From: Amaricoccus sp.
Lineage (GTDB): Bacteria > Pseudomonadota > Alphaproteobacteria > Rhodobacterales > Rhodobacteraceae
Assembly: GCA_044223585.1 (NCBI GenBank)
Contig: JBGALW010000001.1
Span: forward strand, 7,276-71,275
Length of the DNA: 64,000 nt
Direction of reading: 5' to 3'
Shown: piece after piece, positions 27,773-37,944 of the stretch
Numbering within the stretch: position 1 is the stretch's first letter
Layout of the letters: each line of letters opens with the position of its first letter
Position numbers and translations under genes: made by a program
Notes under the pieces: model-generated
Told to the model about the DNA's origin: nothing
Database searches by the model: none
What the model saw: the letters and a program-made list of their open reading frames with translations, nothing else

Positions 27773-29667
27773 TGACGCGGCGTGGACAGGACGTGCTGCT
27801 CGGCGGCGGCGTCGGGTTGATGGTCGGGCTCCTCCCCGGTCTGCTGGCCGCTGGCGCCGTCATGACCTGGCGGCTCGGCGGCGACCTGCGGGAGATCGAC
27901 CTCGCGACATGGTACCAGTTGCTGCCGGCGGCGGCGCGGTGGCAGGGGCTGTCCTTGACCGCAGCGCTGGTCGGGGCAGGGGTCGTCGGGGCCTTCGTTC
28001 TCGCCGGCATCGCGTTGCTGTGGCGGCCGGCGTTGACGCTGCACGGCACGGCTCGCTGGGCCGAGCCGGGGGAGCTGCGGCGGGCAGGGTTGCTGGCGCG
28101 GCGGCTCGCCGAGGTCCGCGGGCCGATCTGGGGCAAGCTCGGGTCGCCGAAGTCGCGGGCGCCGTACCTGAGCTCTGAGAAGATCGTCCACTCGCTTGTG
28201 GCGGCGCCGACCGGGGCAGGGAAGGGGGTCGGCATCGTCATCCCGACGCTGCTGACCTATCCGGGCTCGTCCGTTGTCCTCGACGTGAAGGGCGAGAACT
28301 ACGAGAAGACCGCGGGCCGCCGTCGGCAGCTCGGGGACCGGGTCTTCAAGTTCGCGCCCTACGCCAAGGATGGGCGGACCCATCGCTACAACCCGTTCGA
28401 CGAGGTGGCGGCGGCGCCGGGGCGGCGGCGCTTCTCAGAAGCGCTGCGGCTCGCCAACAGCCTGGTCGAGGCGAAGGGCAAGGGGACCGAGTCCTGGGTC
28501 GACGGCGCCCGCGAGATCTTCGCAGCGATCGCGGTGGTGGCGCACGAGCGCGGGACGCCGACGATTGCCGCGGTCTACGACCTCTTGAGCGCGGCGGGCA
28601 CGCCGGGCGACCTGCTCGCCGGGCTCGCGGCCGAGACCGGCTCCGGGGAGGCGCGGTCGGTGTTCAACCGCTTCGCCGGCCAGCCGGAGAAGGTGCTCGG
28701 CAGCTACATGTCGGTGCTATTCGACGGCGGCCTGCGGCTTTGGGCCGATCCCGACGTGCGGGACGCTACGGCAGCGACCGATTTCTGGATCACGGATTTC
28801 CGATCGGACCCGGCCAGTGTCTTCCTTTGCGTCAGCCAGAAGGATCTCGGGGTCCTGTCGCCGCTGATCCGGCTCATGTTCCAGCAGATGTTCACCCTGC
28901 TGCAGGAGACCGACCGGACGGAGGAGGACAAATTCGACGTGCTCTTCCTGCTCGACGAGTTCGCCTCGCTCGGGAAAATGCAGGAGATGGGGCGGGCGAT
29001 CACCACCGTGCGCTCGTCGGGCGCGCACCTGATGCTGATCGTCCAGTCCCTCGCCAACCTGCGCGAGGTCTACGGGGCCGACGGCGCGGCGAACTTCCTC
29101 GGCAACTGCGAGCTGCAGCTCTTCATGGCGCCCACGGACACCGACACGCCGCGGTACATTTCCGAGGCGATCGGCGACCAGACACGGAACGTGCGGGTGA
29201 AGTCCTGGCGGCAGCGCGGGTGGGACGCCGCGTCGATTCAGGAGCGCCAAGAGGGCGTCCGGCTGATCCGGCCGGAGCAGATCAGGATGCTCGGGCCCAA
29301 TACAGCGATCGCGCTCGTGCGGGACCAGAACCCGGTGCGGGTGAAGAAGGTGCGCCATTATGAGGACCGAACGCTCAGGACACTTTCTGAAGGACAGGCG
29401 GTCTTCGCGCCTCAGAAAGACACTAGCGAAGCGCCTGCAGCCGCGACGGCCGACGGAAACAATGGAATGCCGGATCGATCAAATGAGCGCGGTGAGCTTA
29501 GGGAGACTTCAGCCGCCGTGGAGCATCACGTCCTTCCAACGTCACAGGCTGCAAGCACCCCGGCGGGGAAGTTAGGGATTGTTAGAGGAAAGCAACTAGT
29601 CCTCAGGGAGGCCATTGCGGTCCACCGACTAGGTGATCGAGGGCCACGAGGCGGTTGTCTCGCCTAG
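27769..29667 (+). CDS. virD4: VirD4/TraG type IV coupling protein
   Basis: Two N-terminal TM helices, HGTARWA, APTGAGKG, LDVKGEN, FLLDEFASLG. Confidence 0.93.
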   Translation: MMTRRGQDVLLGGGVGLMVGLLPGLLAAGAVMTWRLGGDLREIDLATWYQLLPAAARWQGLSLTAALVGAGVVGAFVLAGIALLWRPALTLHGTARWAEPGELRRAGLLARRLAEVRGPIWGKLGSPKSRAPYLSSEKIVHSLVAAPTGAGKGVGIVIPTLLTYPGSSVVLDVKGENYEKTAGRRRQLGDRVFKFAPYAKDGRTHRYNPFDEVAAAPGRRRFSEALRLANSLVEAKGKGTESWVDGAREIFAAIAVVAHERGTPTIAAVYDLLSAAGTPGDLLAGLAAETGSGEARSVFNRFAGQPEKVLGSYMSVLFDGGLRLWADPDVRDATAATDFWITDFRSDPASVFLCVSQKDLGVLSPLIRLMFQQMFTLLQETDRTEEDKFDVLFLLDEFASLGKMQEMGRAITTVRSSGAHLMLIVQSLANLREVYGADGAANFLGNCELQLFMAPTDTDTPRYISEAIGDQTRNVRVKSWRQRGWDAASIQERQEGVRLIRPEQIRMLGPNTAIALVRDQNPVRVKKVRHYEDRTLRTLSEGQAVFAPQKDTSEAPAAATADGNNGMPDRSNERGELRETSAAVEHHVLPTSQAASTPAGKLGIVRGKQLVLREAIAVHRLGDRGPRGGCLA

Positions 29668-29795
29668 CCCTGTTGGATGCCCCGGGCGCAGCTCGTGGGT
29701 GCGCTTCAGCTTCGATAGGAGGCTGCGTGGACGTCAAAGACTCTAGTGATAGCCGGATTCGGTGGACATCACGCTCCAGCGTTCAACCCGGCTCT

Positions 29796-30569
29796 TCAGG
29801 CGATCGACCAGCCGCCGTCGACGACTAGGTTGGCCCCGTTGATCAACGAGGCGGCCGGCGAGGCCAGGAACACCACCGCCCCCGCGACCTCACGCGTCTC
29901 ACCGATGCGGCCCAGGGGGATATGCGCGACCGTCTGTCGGTAAGCCTCCGGATCGCTGAGATATGGGCGGGTGGAATCCGTCCAGATAAAGGTCGGGGAC
30001 AGGCTGTTGACCGCCACCCCGCGCGGTCCCCATTCCGCGGCGAGGCACCGCGTCAGATGGTTGATCGCAGCCTTGGTCATGCAGTAGATCGGCTCGCCCT
30101 TCAGCGTCACCGTACCGGCCTGCGAACTCATGTTCAGGATGCGCCCCTCGCCGCGCGCCAGCATCGCCCGCCCGACCGCCTGGGTCAGGAAGAAGGTGCC
30201 CTTGAGATTGGTTTCGATGACGGTATCGAAATCGGCCTCGCACACGTTCTCGGCCAGGTCGCGCCGCGCGATGCCGACATTGTTCAGCAGCACGTCGATG
30301 CGGCCCATGGCGCGCAGGATATCTTGCATCCCGGCGTCGAAATCGCCGACGCGGCTCAGATCCAGCGTCGAAACGTGGAGCCGCCGGCCGACTGCCACAA
30401 CCTCCTCACGCAGGCTGACCGCCTGCGCGGCGTCGCGTACGACGGCCACGATGTCGGCGCCCGCAGCGGCGCAGGCGAGCGCGCAGGCCCGGCCCAGGCC
30501 GCGCCCCGCGCCGGTTACCATCACGACCTTGTCTTCCAGCGAGAATTCGGGCTTGTGGTCAGTCTGCAT
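29796..30569 (-). CDS. SDR family NAD(P)-dependent oxidoreductase
   Basis: TGAGRGLG, YCMTK (YxxxK), VDGG. Confidence 0.9.
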   Translation of the reverse strand: MQTDHKPEFSLEDKVVMVTGAGRGLGRACALACAAAGADIVAVVRDAAQAVSLREEVVAVGRRLHVSTLDLSRVGDFDAGMQDILRAMGRIDVLLNNVGIARRDLAENVCEADFDTVIETNLKGTFFLTQAVGRAMLARGEGRILNMSSQAGTVTLKGEPIYCMTKAAINHLTRCLAAEWGPRGVAVNSLSPTFIWTDSTRPYLSDPEAYRQTVAHIPLGRIGETREVAGAVVFLASPAASLINGANLVVDGGWSIA

Positions 30570-30614
30570 GTCTCACACTTCCGCTGCTTGCATCTGGCAG
30601 CACCGCCATCGGTT

Positions 30615-31640
30615 TCAGAACGTTGTCCTGCGCGATTTCGCAAAGGTGTCGAAGGCGACGGCGGCAATGATGATCAGCCCGATCACGATCTGCTGGATGT
30701 AGGACGAGATGCCGAGAAGCACCAAGCCGTTCAGCAGCACCCCGATCAGCACCGCCCCCACTACTGTGCCGAAGATCGAGCCCGTCCCACCGAAGAGGCT
30801 GGTTCCGCCGATCACCACCGAGGCGATCACCGTCAGTTCGAACCCGGTGCCCGCGACCGCTTCGGCCGAATTCAGACGAGCCGCCAGGATGAAAGCGCCC
30901 AAGCCCGAGAAGAAACCCATGATCACATAGACCGCTAGGATCACTCTCGTCACGTTGACGCCGGCCAGCCGCGCCGCCTCGGGATTGCCGCCCACCGCGT
31001 AGACTTGGCGCCCGAACCGGCTGTGGGCCAGAACCACATGGGCAATCATCGCGAAGGCCGCGAAGACCAGCACGGGAACCGGCACCACCCCGATCTTGCC
31101 CTGCCCCCACCAGACAAAACCCGCGTCGAAGCCGCTGATCGGCCCGCCGCCCGAGAAGAGGAGCGCTGCGCCGCGAAACACCGACATTCCGCCCAGCGTC
31201 ACCACGAAGGGCGGCACTTTCAGTCGTGTGATGGCAAATCCCTGCATCAGGCCGGCGAACAGCCCCACTGCGAGCGCGGCGAGGGCCGCCAGCGGCCAGG
31301 CGTGGCCGAGCGCTTCGGTTCCCGCACCGACGCCGAAGCGGTTCTCAAGCCCGCCCTTCGCCACGACCGCGGCGACCAGTCCCGCCAGCGCGAGAATCGA
31401 GCCGACAGACAGGTCGATTCCCGCCGTCATGATGACGAAGGTCATCCCGATCGCGAGCAGGCCGTAGATCGAGACCTGCCTGAGCACGTTGAAGATATTG
31501 GTAGGGGACAGGAACCTCGGCTCCAGGATGGAAAAGACGACCATCAGCAGGGCGAGAAAGATCACCGGCGCGAAGCGCGCCCCCAGGTTGAGGATGTTCA
31601 TTCGTACTCCGCCCTTCCCGGCGATCTCCACCGTGGTCAT
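30615..31640 (-). CDS. Monosaccharide ABC transporter permease (RbsC-like)
   Basis: GIDLSVGS, VPPFVVTLG, YAVGGNPEAARLAGV, IASVVIGGTSLFGG. Confidence 0.92.
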   Translation of the reverse strand: MTTVEIAGKGGVRMNILNLGARFAPVIFLALLMVVFSILEPRFLSPTNIFNVLRQVSIYGLLAIGMTFVIMTAGIDLSVGSILALAGLVAAVVAKGGLENRFGVGAGTEALGHAWPLAALAALAVGLFAGLMQGFAITRLKVPPFVVTLGGMSVFRGAALLFSGGGPISGFDAGFVWWGQGKIGVVPVPVLVFAAFAMIAHVVLAHSRFGRQVYAVGGNPEAARLAGVNVTRVILAVYVIMGFFSGLGAFILAARLNSAEAVAGTGFELTVIASVVIGGTSLFGGTGSIFGTVVGAVLIGVLLNGLVLLGISSYIQQIVIGLIIIAAVAFDTFAKSRRTTF

Positions 31641-33202
31641 GCTGTGTCTCCCGCTTGTTGGTGCACCGGTGGAACTGGCCGCTCGCCCATCATCATCGAC
31701 AGCAGCCGTTCCGGACTTGCTTGCGGACGGGCGACCGTGCCGGTCACCCGTCCGTTCTTCATCGTCATGATCCGGTCACTGATCGCCAGCACCTCGGGCA
31801 GTTCCGACGAGATGGCGATGATCGAGATCCCGGAGCGTGCCATTTCGAACAGCAAGGCATGCACCTCGGCCTTGGCGCCGACGTCGATCCCGCGGGTCGG
31901 TTCATCGACGATCAGCACCTTGGGATTCAGCGCCAGCCAGCGGGCCAGAACTACCTTCTGCTGATTGCCACCCGACAGGTCAGAGACCATCTGCGCGGAG
32001 TCGGCCATGCGGATCTTCAGCAATTTCCGGTATTTGGCGACCAGCGAATCCTCGGCCGCCCGGTCCATCAGCCAACCCCAGCGCGAGACCTGGCGCTGCG
32101 CCGTCAGCGTCATGTTCTCGCGGATCGACTGCGACAGAAACAGGGCCTGCTGCTTGCGATCCTCCGGCACCAGGCCGATACCGGCGCGGATCGCATCGCG
32201 CGGCGAGCCTATCCCGACGGGCCGGCCCTCGACGCGGATGGTCCCCGAGGCAAAGCCGTCCGCGCCGAAGATGGCGCGCGCCGTTTCCGTGCGGCCCGAA
32301 CCCACGAGCCCGGCAATGCCCAGGATTTCGCCCCTCTTCACATGCAGGCTGATCCCGCGCAGGGCGGTCGCATTGGTTCCGGTGGCGCTGGCGGGGCGCG
32401 ACAGCTCCTCGACGCTCAGAACCACCGGTTCAGTCGCGTCGCCAGCCACCGGCCGCTCGAGAGCCGTGACCTCGCGGCCCACCATGTGCTGGATGATACG
32501 GGGGATGGTGATGTCGCGGATCGCGCCGTCCGCGGTCTTCCGGCCGTCGCGCAGGATGGTGTAGCGGTCGCAGATGCGCATCACTTCTTCCAGGCGATGG
32601 GTCACGAAGACCACGCTCAGCCCCGTGGTCTTGAGCTCCGCCACGATGCGGAACAGCATGTCCACTTCCTGGTTCGAGAGCGCGGCTGTCGGTTCGTCCA
32701 TGATGATCAGCCGGGCGCTCATCGACAGCGCCCGGGCGATCTCGACGAGTTGCTGTTCCGCGATTGAAAGATCGCTCGCAGGTCGGAACGCGTCCTTCGC
32801 CAGGCCGACCTGATCGAGCAGTCGGCGCGCGCGGCGGCCCAACTCTCGCCAGTCGACCAGACCGCGCGCCACCGGCTCGCGGCCGAGGAAGATGTTCTCG
32901 GCGATGGTCATGGCGGGAACCAGGGTCAATTCCTGGTAGATCGTTGCGATCCCGGCCTGCTGCGCTTCCTGCGGGGAACCAAAGACCCGGGTCTGTCCCC
33001 CGAACAGGATCGTGCCCCGATCCGCCGGTTGCGCGCCGGATAGGATTTTCAGCAGCGTGGATTTCCCGGCCCCGTTCTCGCCCAGAAGGGCATGGACTTC
33101 GGCCTGTCCCACTTGGAAGCTGACATCGCTCAACGCGGCGATGCCGCGAAAGGACTTGCTCAACCCTCTGGTTTCGAGAAGCACTTGAGACACGGTATTC
33201 AT
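31637..33202 (-). CDS. Monosaccharide ABC transporter ATP-binding protein (RbsA-like)
   Basis: GENGAGKSTL, DEPT twice, LSGGNQQKVVL. Confidence 0.93.
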   Translation of the reverse strand: MNTVSQVLLETRGLSKSFRGIAALSDVSFQVGQAEVHALLGENGAGKSTLLKILSGAQPADRGTILFGGQTRVFGSPQEAQQAGIATIYQELTLVPAMTIAENIFLGREPVARGLVDWRELGRRARRLLDQVGLAKDAFRPASDLSIAEQQLVEIARALSMSARLIIMDEPTAALSNQEVDMLFRIVAELKTTGLSVVFVTHRLEEVMRICDRYTILRDGRKTADGAIRDITIPRIIQHMVGREVTALERPVAGDATEPVVLSVEELSRPASATGTNATALRGISLHVKRGEILGIAGLVGSGRTETARAIFGADGFASGTIRVEGRPVGIGSPRDAIRAGIGLVPEDRKQQALFLSQSIRENMTLTAQRQVSRWGWLMDRAAEDSLVAKYRKLLKIRMADSAQMVSDLSGGNQQKVVLARWLALNPKVLIVDEPTRGIDVGAKAEVHALLFEMARSGISIIAISSELPEVLAISDRIMTMKNGRVTGTVARPQASPERLLSMMMGERPVPPVHQQAGDTA

Positions 33203-33309
33203 CCTGTGCTGTTCCAGAGACCGGGTCGACGAGACCCGGTCCGCCAAGTGGAATGGAGGTCGCTATGGGCGAGGGCGGTCCATGCCGCCGAAGCGGCCTT
33301 GGTGCCCGG

Positions 33310-34263
33310 TCACTTCAGCTCGCCAAGCCGTTCACCCTCGTTCAGATTTTCGGCGGTGATGGCTTTCGGGGTCAGCAGCACCACGGCCGTCGCGGGTGGG
33401 GTCTTGTCCCGGACATCGGCGATCAGCAGGTCCACGGCCATCCGGCCCTGGATGCCTGGCATCTGCTCGATCGTACCGGTCATGTTGCCGTCGCGGATCT
33501 GTCCCAACGCTTCCGGCAAGGCATCGAAGCCGATGATCGCGACCTTGCCGGTCAGGTTGGCGGCCTTGACCGCTTCCATTGCGCCCAGGGCCATGTCGTC
33601 ATTCGCAGCCGCGATCGCGGTCGGCGGTTCGGCCAGCGAGGCCAGCGCCGCCTCGGTCACCGTAACGGCCTTGGATCGGTCGAACCCGGCGGTATCCTCG
33701 AAGACGATCGGATATTTGTCCCGCGCTCCGTCCAGGATGTTGTGCAGCCCTCGGGCGCGGTCGATCGCGGCGCTGGTGCCGGGCTGTCCCAGCAGGATCA
33801 TGACCCGCGCGCCGTCGGGATAGAGGCGCTGGATCAGTTGTGCCTGCACTTCGCCACCCTTGACGTTGTCGGCGCCGACATGGGCCAGGATCCCGTCCAC
33901 GCCCTCGATCGATCGGTCCACGGTGACGACTGGAACGCCTGCCGAGACGGCCTCCTGGATGGCGGGCGCCAGCGCGGCCGAGTCGTTCGGGCTGATGACG
34001 ATCCCCGCCACGCCGCGCGCCACCGCGGCCTCGATATCGGCACTCTGCTTGCTGGAATTGCGCTGGCCATCGCTGGTGATGACCTTGATGTTTCCGAGCT
34101 TGTCGGCCTCGGCCTTCATCTCGTTCATGATGTGAATCGAGAAGGGAAATGCGAGGTCGGGGCTGGACAGCAGGATCGTCAGATCGTCATCGGCGACGGA
34201 CGGCCCGGCCGCCAGAATCCCGCCCGACAGCGCCAGAGCCAGCGCCAAAAGAGATGCCTTCAT
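33310..34263 (-). CDS. Monosaccharide ABC transporter periplasmic binding protein
   Basis: Signal peptide; GVPVVTVDR, ANDDMALGA, IIGFD. Confidence 0.92.
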   Translation of the reverse strand: MKASLLALALALSGGILAAGPSVADDDLTILLSSPDLAFPFSIHIMNEMKAEADKLGNIKVITSDGQRNSSKQSADIEAAVARGVAGIVISPNDSAALAPAIQEAVSAGVPVVTVDRSIEGVDGILAHVGADNVKGGEVQAQLIQRLYPDGARVMILLGQPGTSAAIDRARGLHNILDGARDKYPIVFEDTAGFDRSKAVTVTEAALASLAEPPTAIAAANDDMALGAMEAVKAANLTGKVAIIGFDALPEALGQIRDGNMTGTIEQMPGIQGRMAVDLLIADVRDKTPPATAVVLLTPKAITAENLNEGERLGELK

Positions 34264-34404
34264 TCACTCATCCTCCCATTTGAGCCCAACCCCGGCGGAA
34301 CGACCGGACCCTGAGCCTTCGTTTGAGCTTATTTTGTTTATGTTGAATGCAGTATGGTAGAAGAGCCCAAGGTTTTTCGGCCTAGGCGTCGATCCATACA
34401 AATC

Positions 34405-34830
34405 TCAGGACGCGATACCCTTGGTGAGCAGGATATTGCCGTAGACCCGCGGGTCGCCGCTCAGGATCGTGACGAAACCCGAGCGCGCTTGCGCCTTGAA
34501 TGTGTCCGGCTCGAGCCGTGCCAGCGCGACGGATTGCCCTGTCCGGCGCACCAGAATTTCGGTGAACTCAGCGAAGATCGGCAACTCGGTCGCCGGGTCG
34601 CCTTCGACAATCATTCGGCAAGCTACGTGCGGATCCTTCAGTTCGAGCGGCAAGACCGAAAGAATTGCGTCCAGCAGGCCAGTGGCCGAAACGCCATCCG
34701 CTCGGATCACCTTGTCACCGGGATCACAGGGGTAATTCGCATCCACGATCGCCAAGCGGTGCCCGTGGCCCATGGATCGCAGGGCGAAAAGGATCTCTGG
34801 CGAAAGGCGCAGATCAAGTCCGAACAGCAT
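34405..34830 (-). CDS. RbsD/FucU family mutarotase
   Basis: LRSMGHGHRLAIVDANYP, YGNILLTKG. Confidence 0.88.
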   Translation of the reverse strand: MLFGLDLRLSPEILFALRSMGHGHRLAIVDANYPCDPGDKVIRADGVSATGLLDAILSVLPLELKDPHVACRMIVEGDPATELPIFAEFTEILVRRTGQSVALARLEPDTFKAQARSGFVTILSGDPRVYGNILLTKGIAS

Positions 34831-34935
34831 GGTTCACTCCCCTTGCCGGTTCCTTGGCCAGTGGTGGCGCCTGGACCGGTCTATCTCGATTTCGGCGTGC
34901 TCGAATGGCTTTCCGGTCTAGCCGTTGCCATTTTG

Positions 34936-34953
34936 TTTTGTATATATACAAAA
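34936..34953. promoter_or_regulatory. Perfect 18-bp palindrome, putative ROK-repressor operator
   Basis: TTTTGTATATATACAAAA in the divergent promoter region. Confidence 0.6.
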
Positions 34954-35082
34954 TATCATCCGCTCCCGTCAAGGGGGTTAGGTTGACAGGAATGGATGAG
35001 TGCGTGAGGAGCTTGGGGACGGTCGCGCTCCGTTCGGGCAGAGATCCGATCGTTCCGGACGGCCAGGAAGTGGGGGAGCTGC

Positions 35083-36276
35083 GTGGACAATATACCGACC
35101 AGGACCACGAACCTGATCCGGCACCTCAATGAGATCCGTTGCCTGCGGCTTGTGCGCCGCTCCGCGCCGATGTCGCGCGCCGAAGTGGCTCGCAGCCTCG
35201 GTCTCACCCGCGCGACCTCCGGCAATGTCGTGGCCGATCTCCTCGACCGCGGCCTGCTGGTCGAACTGCCCGACGCGCTGGAAAGCGGCAAGGCCGGCCG
35301 GCCGGGACGCAGCATCGCGCTCAACCCCGACGGCGCCTATTTCGTGGGCCTCGACATCTCCAGCCGCTGGGTCGCCGGGGTGCTGGTCGATTTCAGCGGA
35401 AGGGCGCTTTCGCAACTCACCATTCCGAATGCCCGAGGCGCCCTCGAACCCACCACCGTTGCGGTGACCGCCGCGGATCTTGCGCGGCGGCTGGTGATCG
35501 GGGCCTCGGTGCCGCCAGCGATGGTGCGGGGGGTGGGCATATCCGTGCCCGGCATCGTCGACGGGTCCGGCGTTGTCGCCTCTGCGCGGCTGCTCGGATG
35601 GGAGAGCGTGGACTTCGCCAGCCTGGTTTCGGCGACCCTGGGTGCGCCCTGGCCGGTCCAGATCTGCAACGACGCGGTGGCCCTGGCCACTGCCATCGGC
35701 GCGCTCGATACCGAGGAAGCCCCCGATATCCTCGTGCTGCTGCTTTCGGAGGGGATCGGCTCCGCGTTGATCCGCGAGGGCAAGGTCTCGGAGGGCGCCA
35801 GTGGCTTCGCCGGCGAGGTCGGTCACATGATTCTGACTACGGACCTGGAGAATAGCGCAGCACACACCTTCGGGGTGCTCGGTGGCTACAACGTCTTCCG
35901 CCGTCATCTGCGCGAGGGAGTATCCGTGCAGGAAGGGCTCGAGCGTCTGGCGGCCCTGCCGGAGCGCGGGTCGGACCTGCGGGACGATCTCGATGCGTGG
36001 GCCCTGGTGATGACGGTGGGTCTGATAAACCTCATCCATATCCTGAATCCCGCGCGCATCGTGCTCGGCGGCCCGCTCTCGACGCTGTTTCCGCTGGTGC
36101 GCGAACAGGTTGAGCCGGCGGTCAGGCTTCGCCTGCTGAATGGCCTGGCGATGCCGCCCATCGAGGTCGCCGGCTTCGGCGAATTCTCGGTCGCTGCCGG
36201 CGCTGCCGGAACCGTTCGTGAAACGATCTTCCTGCTGTCCGACGAGTTCGCCGCCAGCATCAGCCTCAAGCAGTAG
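35083..36276 (+). CDS. ROK family transcriptional regulator
   Basis: N-terminal HTH (SRAEVARSLGLTRAT), GRP, GFAGEVGHM. Confidence 0.9.
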   Translation: MDNIPTRTTNLIRHLNEIRCLRLVRRSAPMSRAEVARSLGLTRATSGNVVADLLDRGLLVELPDALESGKAGRPGRSIALNPDGAYFVGLDISSRWVAGVLVDFSGRALSQLTIPNARGALEPTTVAVTAADLARRLVIGASVPPAMVRGVGISVPGIVDGSGVVASARLLGWESVDFASLVSATLGAPWPVQICNDAVALATAIGALDTEEAPDILVLLLSEGIGSALIREGKVSEGASGFAGEVGHMILTTDLENSAAHTFGVLGGYNVFRRHLREGVSVQEGLERLAALPERGSDLRDDLDAWALVMTVGLINLIHILNPARIVLGGPLSTLFPLVREQVEPAVRLRLLNGLAMPPIEVAGFGEFSVAAGAAGTVRETIFLLSDEFAASISLKQ

Positions 36277-36298
36277 CCGCGGGGTATCGGAACGGGGG

Positions 36299-37237
36299 CT
36301 AGGCGTTCGGGAGAGCCGCTCCTAGGTCCCACGCCACCAGCGATCGCGCCTGATGTGCCATGCCCACCAGCCCGGCACTGTCTCCAAGTTCCGCCCTCCG
36401 GAACGAGATTGACCGGAAGGCCGGCAGGCAAAGCGCCTGAAAGTGGCGCACGATGAGCGGCTCCAGCTGGTCGAATTCCGCCATCACGCCGCCACCCAGG
36501 ACGAACACGTCCGGGCTGAAAGCGTGCGCCACCGTGACGAGGCCGCGTGCAAGATCATGGGCGGCCGCGTCTAGGAAGGCATGCGCGTGAGGCGCGCCGT
36601 CGCGGAGCGACCGGAAGGCGACCCGGAGGTCGGCAAACCCGGCTTCCCGGGCCCGCCGCTGCAGCGCCGTCCCGGACGCCGTCGCCTCCCAGCAGCCTGA
36701 GGTGCCGCAGAAGCACACGTCGCGGGGATTGCCGACGAGCAGATGCCCGAAATGCCCCGCCAGCCCTCGGCGTCCGCGGATGAGCCGCCCGTCGATCACG
36801 GCACCGCCGCCGATCCCGGTCGATACGGTGATGAAGACGAAGTGCCGCTCACCCCGCGCGGCGCCGAATTGCCACTCGCCGATGGCGGCGGCATGGCCGT
36901 CGTTGTCGACAAGCACCGGCCGACGCAGGCGCGCGGCGAGCGCGTCACGCAGGGGAAAATTCTCGAAACCGGCAATCGTCGGCGTGCCGATCGTGAGTCC
37001 TGCCTCGCTGTCGAGCGGCCCTGGGGCGCAGAGGCCGAGCGGGGCATCCTCGGAAAGGGGGCAGACCTCCAGCGCCGAGTCACAGGCTTCGCCGATCGCC
37101 GCAATGACCGCAGCCGCACCGCTTCTCGCCGGGGTCGGGCGGGTCGCGTGGGCAAGAAGACCACCATCCGGCCCGACGACCGCGGCGCGAATGTTGGTTC
37201 CGCCCAGGTCGACCGAGAGCACCCGTTCGGCCATCAT
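36299..37237 (-). CDS. ROK family sugar kinase
   Basis: VDLGGTNIR, DNDG, TGIGGG, CFCGTSGCWE; no HTH. Confidence 0.9.
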   Translation of the reverse strand: MMAERVLSVDLGGTNIRAAVVGPDGGLLAHATRPTPARSGAAAVIAAIGEACDSALEVCPLSEDAPLGLCAPGPLDSEAGLTIGTPTIAGFENFPLRDALAARLRRPVLVDNDGHAAAIGEWQFGAARGERHFVFITVSTGIGGGAVIDGRLIRGRRGLAGHFGHLLVGNPRDVCFCGTSGCWEATASGTALQRRAREAGFADLRVAFRSLRDGAPHAHAFLDAAAHDLARGLVTVAHAFSPDVFVLGGGVMAEFDQLEPLIVRHFQALCLPAFRSISFRRAELGDSAGLVGMAHQARSLVAWDLGAALPNA

Positions 37238-37239
37238 CG

Positions 37240-37944
37240 TCAGCTCCTGCCTTGCCGGCGAAGCCAGTCCATCCGGTCGGCCAGATCTGCCGACCCGAAG
37301 AAGAGCGATCCTATGACGACCGTCTCGGCGCCGGCGCGCAGAAGGTCGTCGACCGTGTTCTCCCGGATTGCTCCATCGGCGGCCAGGACGCGGCGGGGCC
37401 CGGAAAGGCTGTCCAGCATCCGCCGGGCTTCCGTCAGTCTCGTCAAGGCGAGGGGGTGCAGTCCCTGCCCCTTCACGCCGATGGCCGTGCCGAGAAGCGT
37501 GAGGAATCGTGCCTCCTCCAAAAGGAGCGCGGCCCGTGAAACCGGCGTCTCGACCCGCAGGACAAGGCCCGCGGCGGCTCCGCGCGCCGTGATCAGCGCG
37601 ATCGCCTCCGCGGCGTTGCTGGCTTCGGCATGGACCGAGATCAGGGTCGCCCCGGCATCGAGGAACTGCTCCGTCTGCGACAGAAGGATGCCGTCCGACA
37701 CCATCAGGTGGACATGGACCGGCAGCAGCGATCGCTTGCAGATGGCGCTGACCAAATCCGGGAAGAACAGGAGGGCCGGCGCAAAGACGCCATCGGCCAC
37801 GTCAATGTGCAGCATGTCGGCGTGGCGGTCGATCCGGCCGATCTCGGCCCCGAGGTCCAGCAGGTCGGCCGACCACAGCGACACCTCGGCGATGCAGCGG
37901 TCCCGCGGGAGGGTGTCGATCCAGCCGGTTGGTCCTTCAGCCAT
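37240..37944 (-). CDS. Ribulose-phosphate 3-epimerase family protein (divergent)
   Basis: HIDVADGVFAP, HVHLMV, VHAE, ADGAI, VIGS. Confidence 0.85.
   Translation of the reverse strand: MAEGPTGWIDTLPRDRCIAEVSLWSADLLDLGAEIGRIDRHADMLHIDVADGVFAPALLFFPDLVSAICKRSLLPVHVHLMVSDGILLSQTEQFLDAGATLISVHAEASNAAEAIALITARGAAAGLVLRVETPVSRAALLLEEARFLTLLGTAIGVKGQGLHPLALTRLTEARRMLDSLSGPRRVLAADGAIRENTVDDLLRAGAETVVIGSLFFGSADLADRMDWLRRQGRS

Noticed and set aside
30615-37944. Naming the sugar genes as rbs or als operons
   Set aside because: Only family-level motifs are visible; there is no RbsK-type kinase or RpiB isomerase, and the epimerase is divergent.
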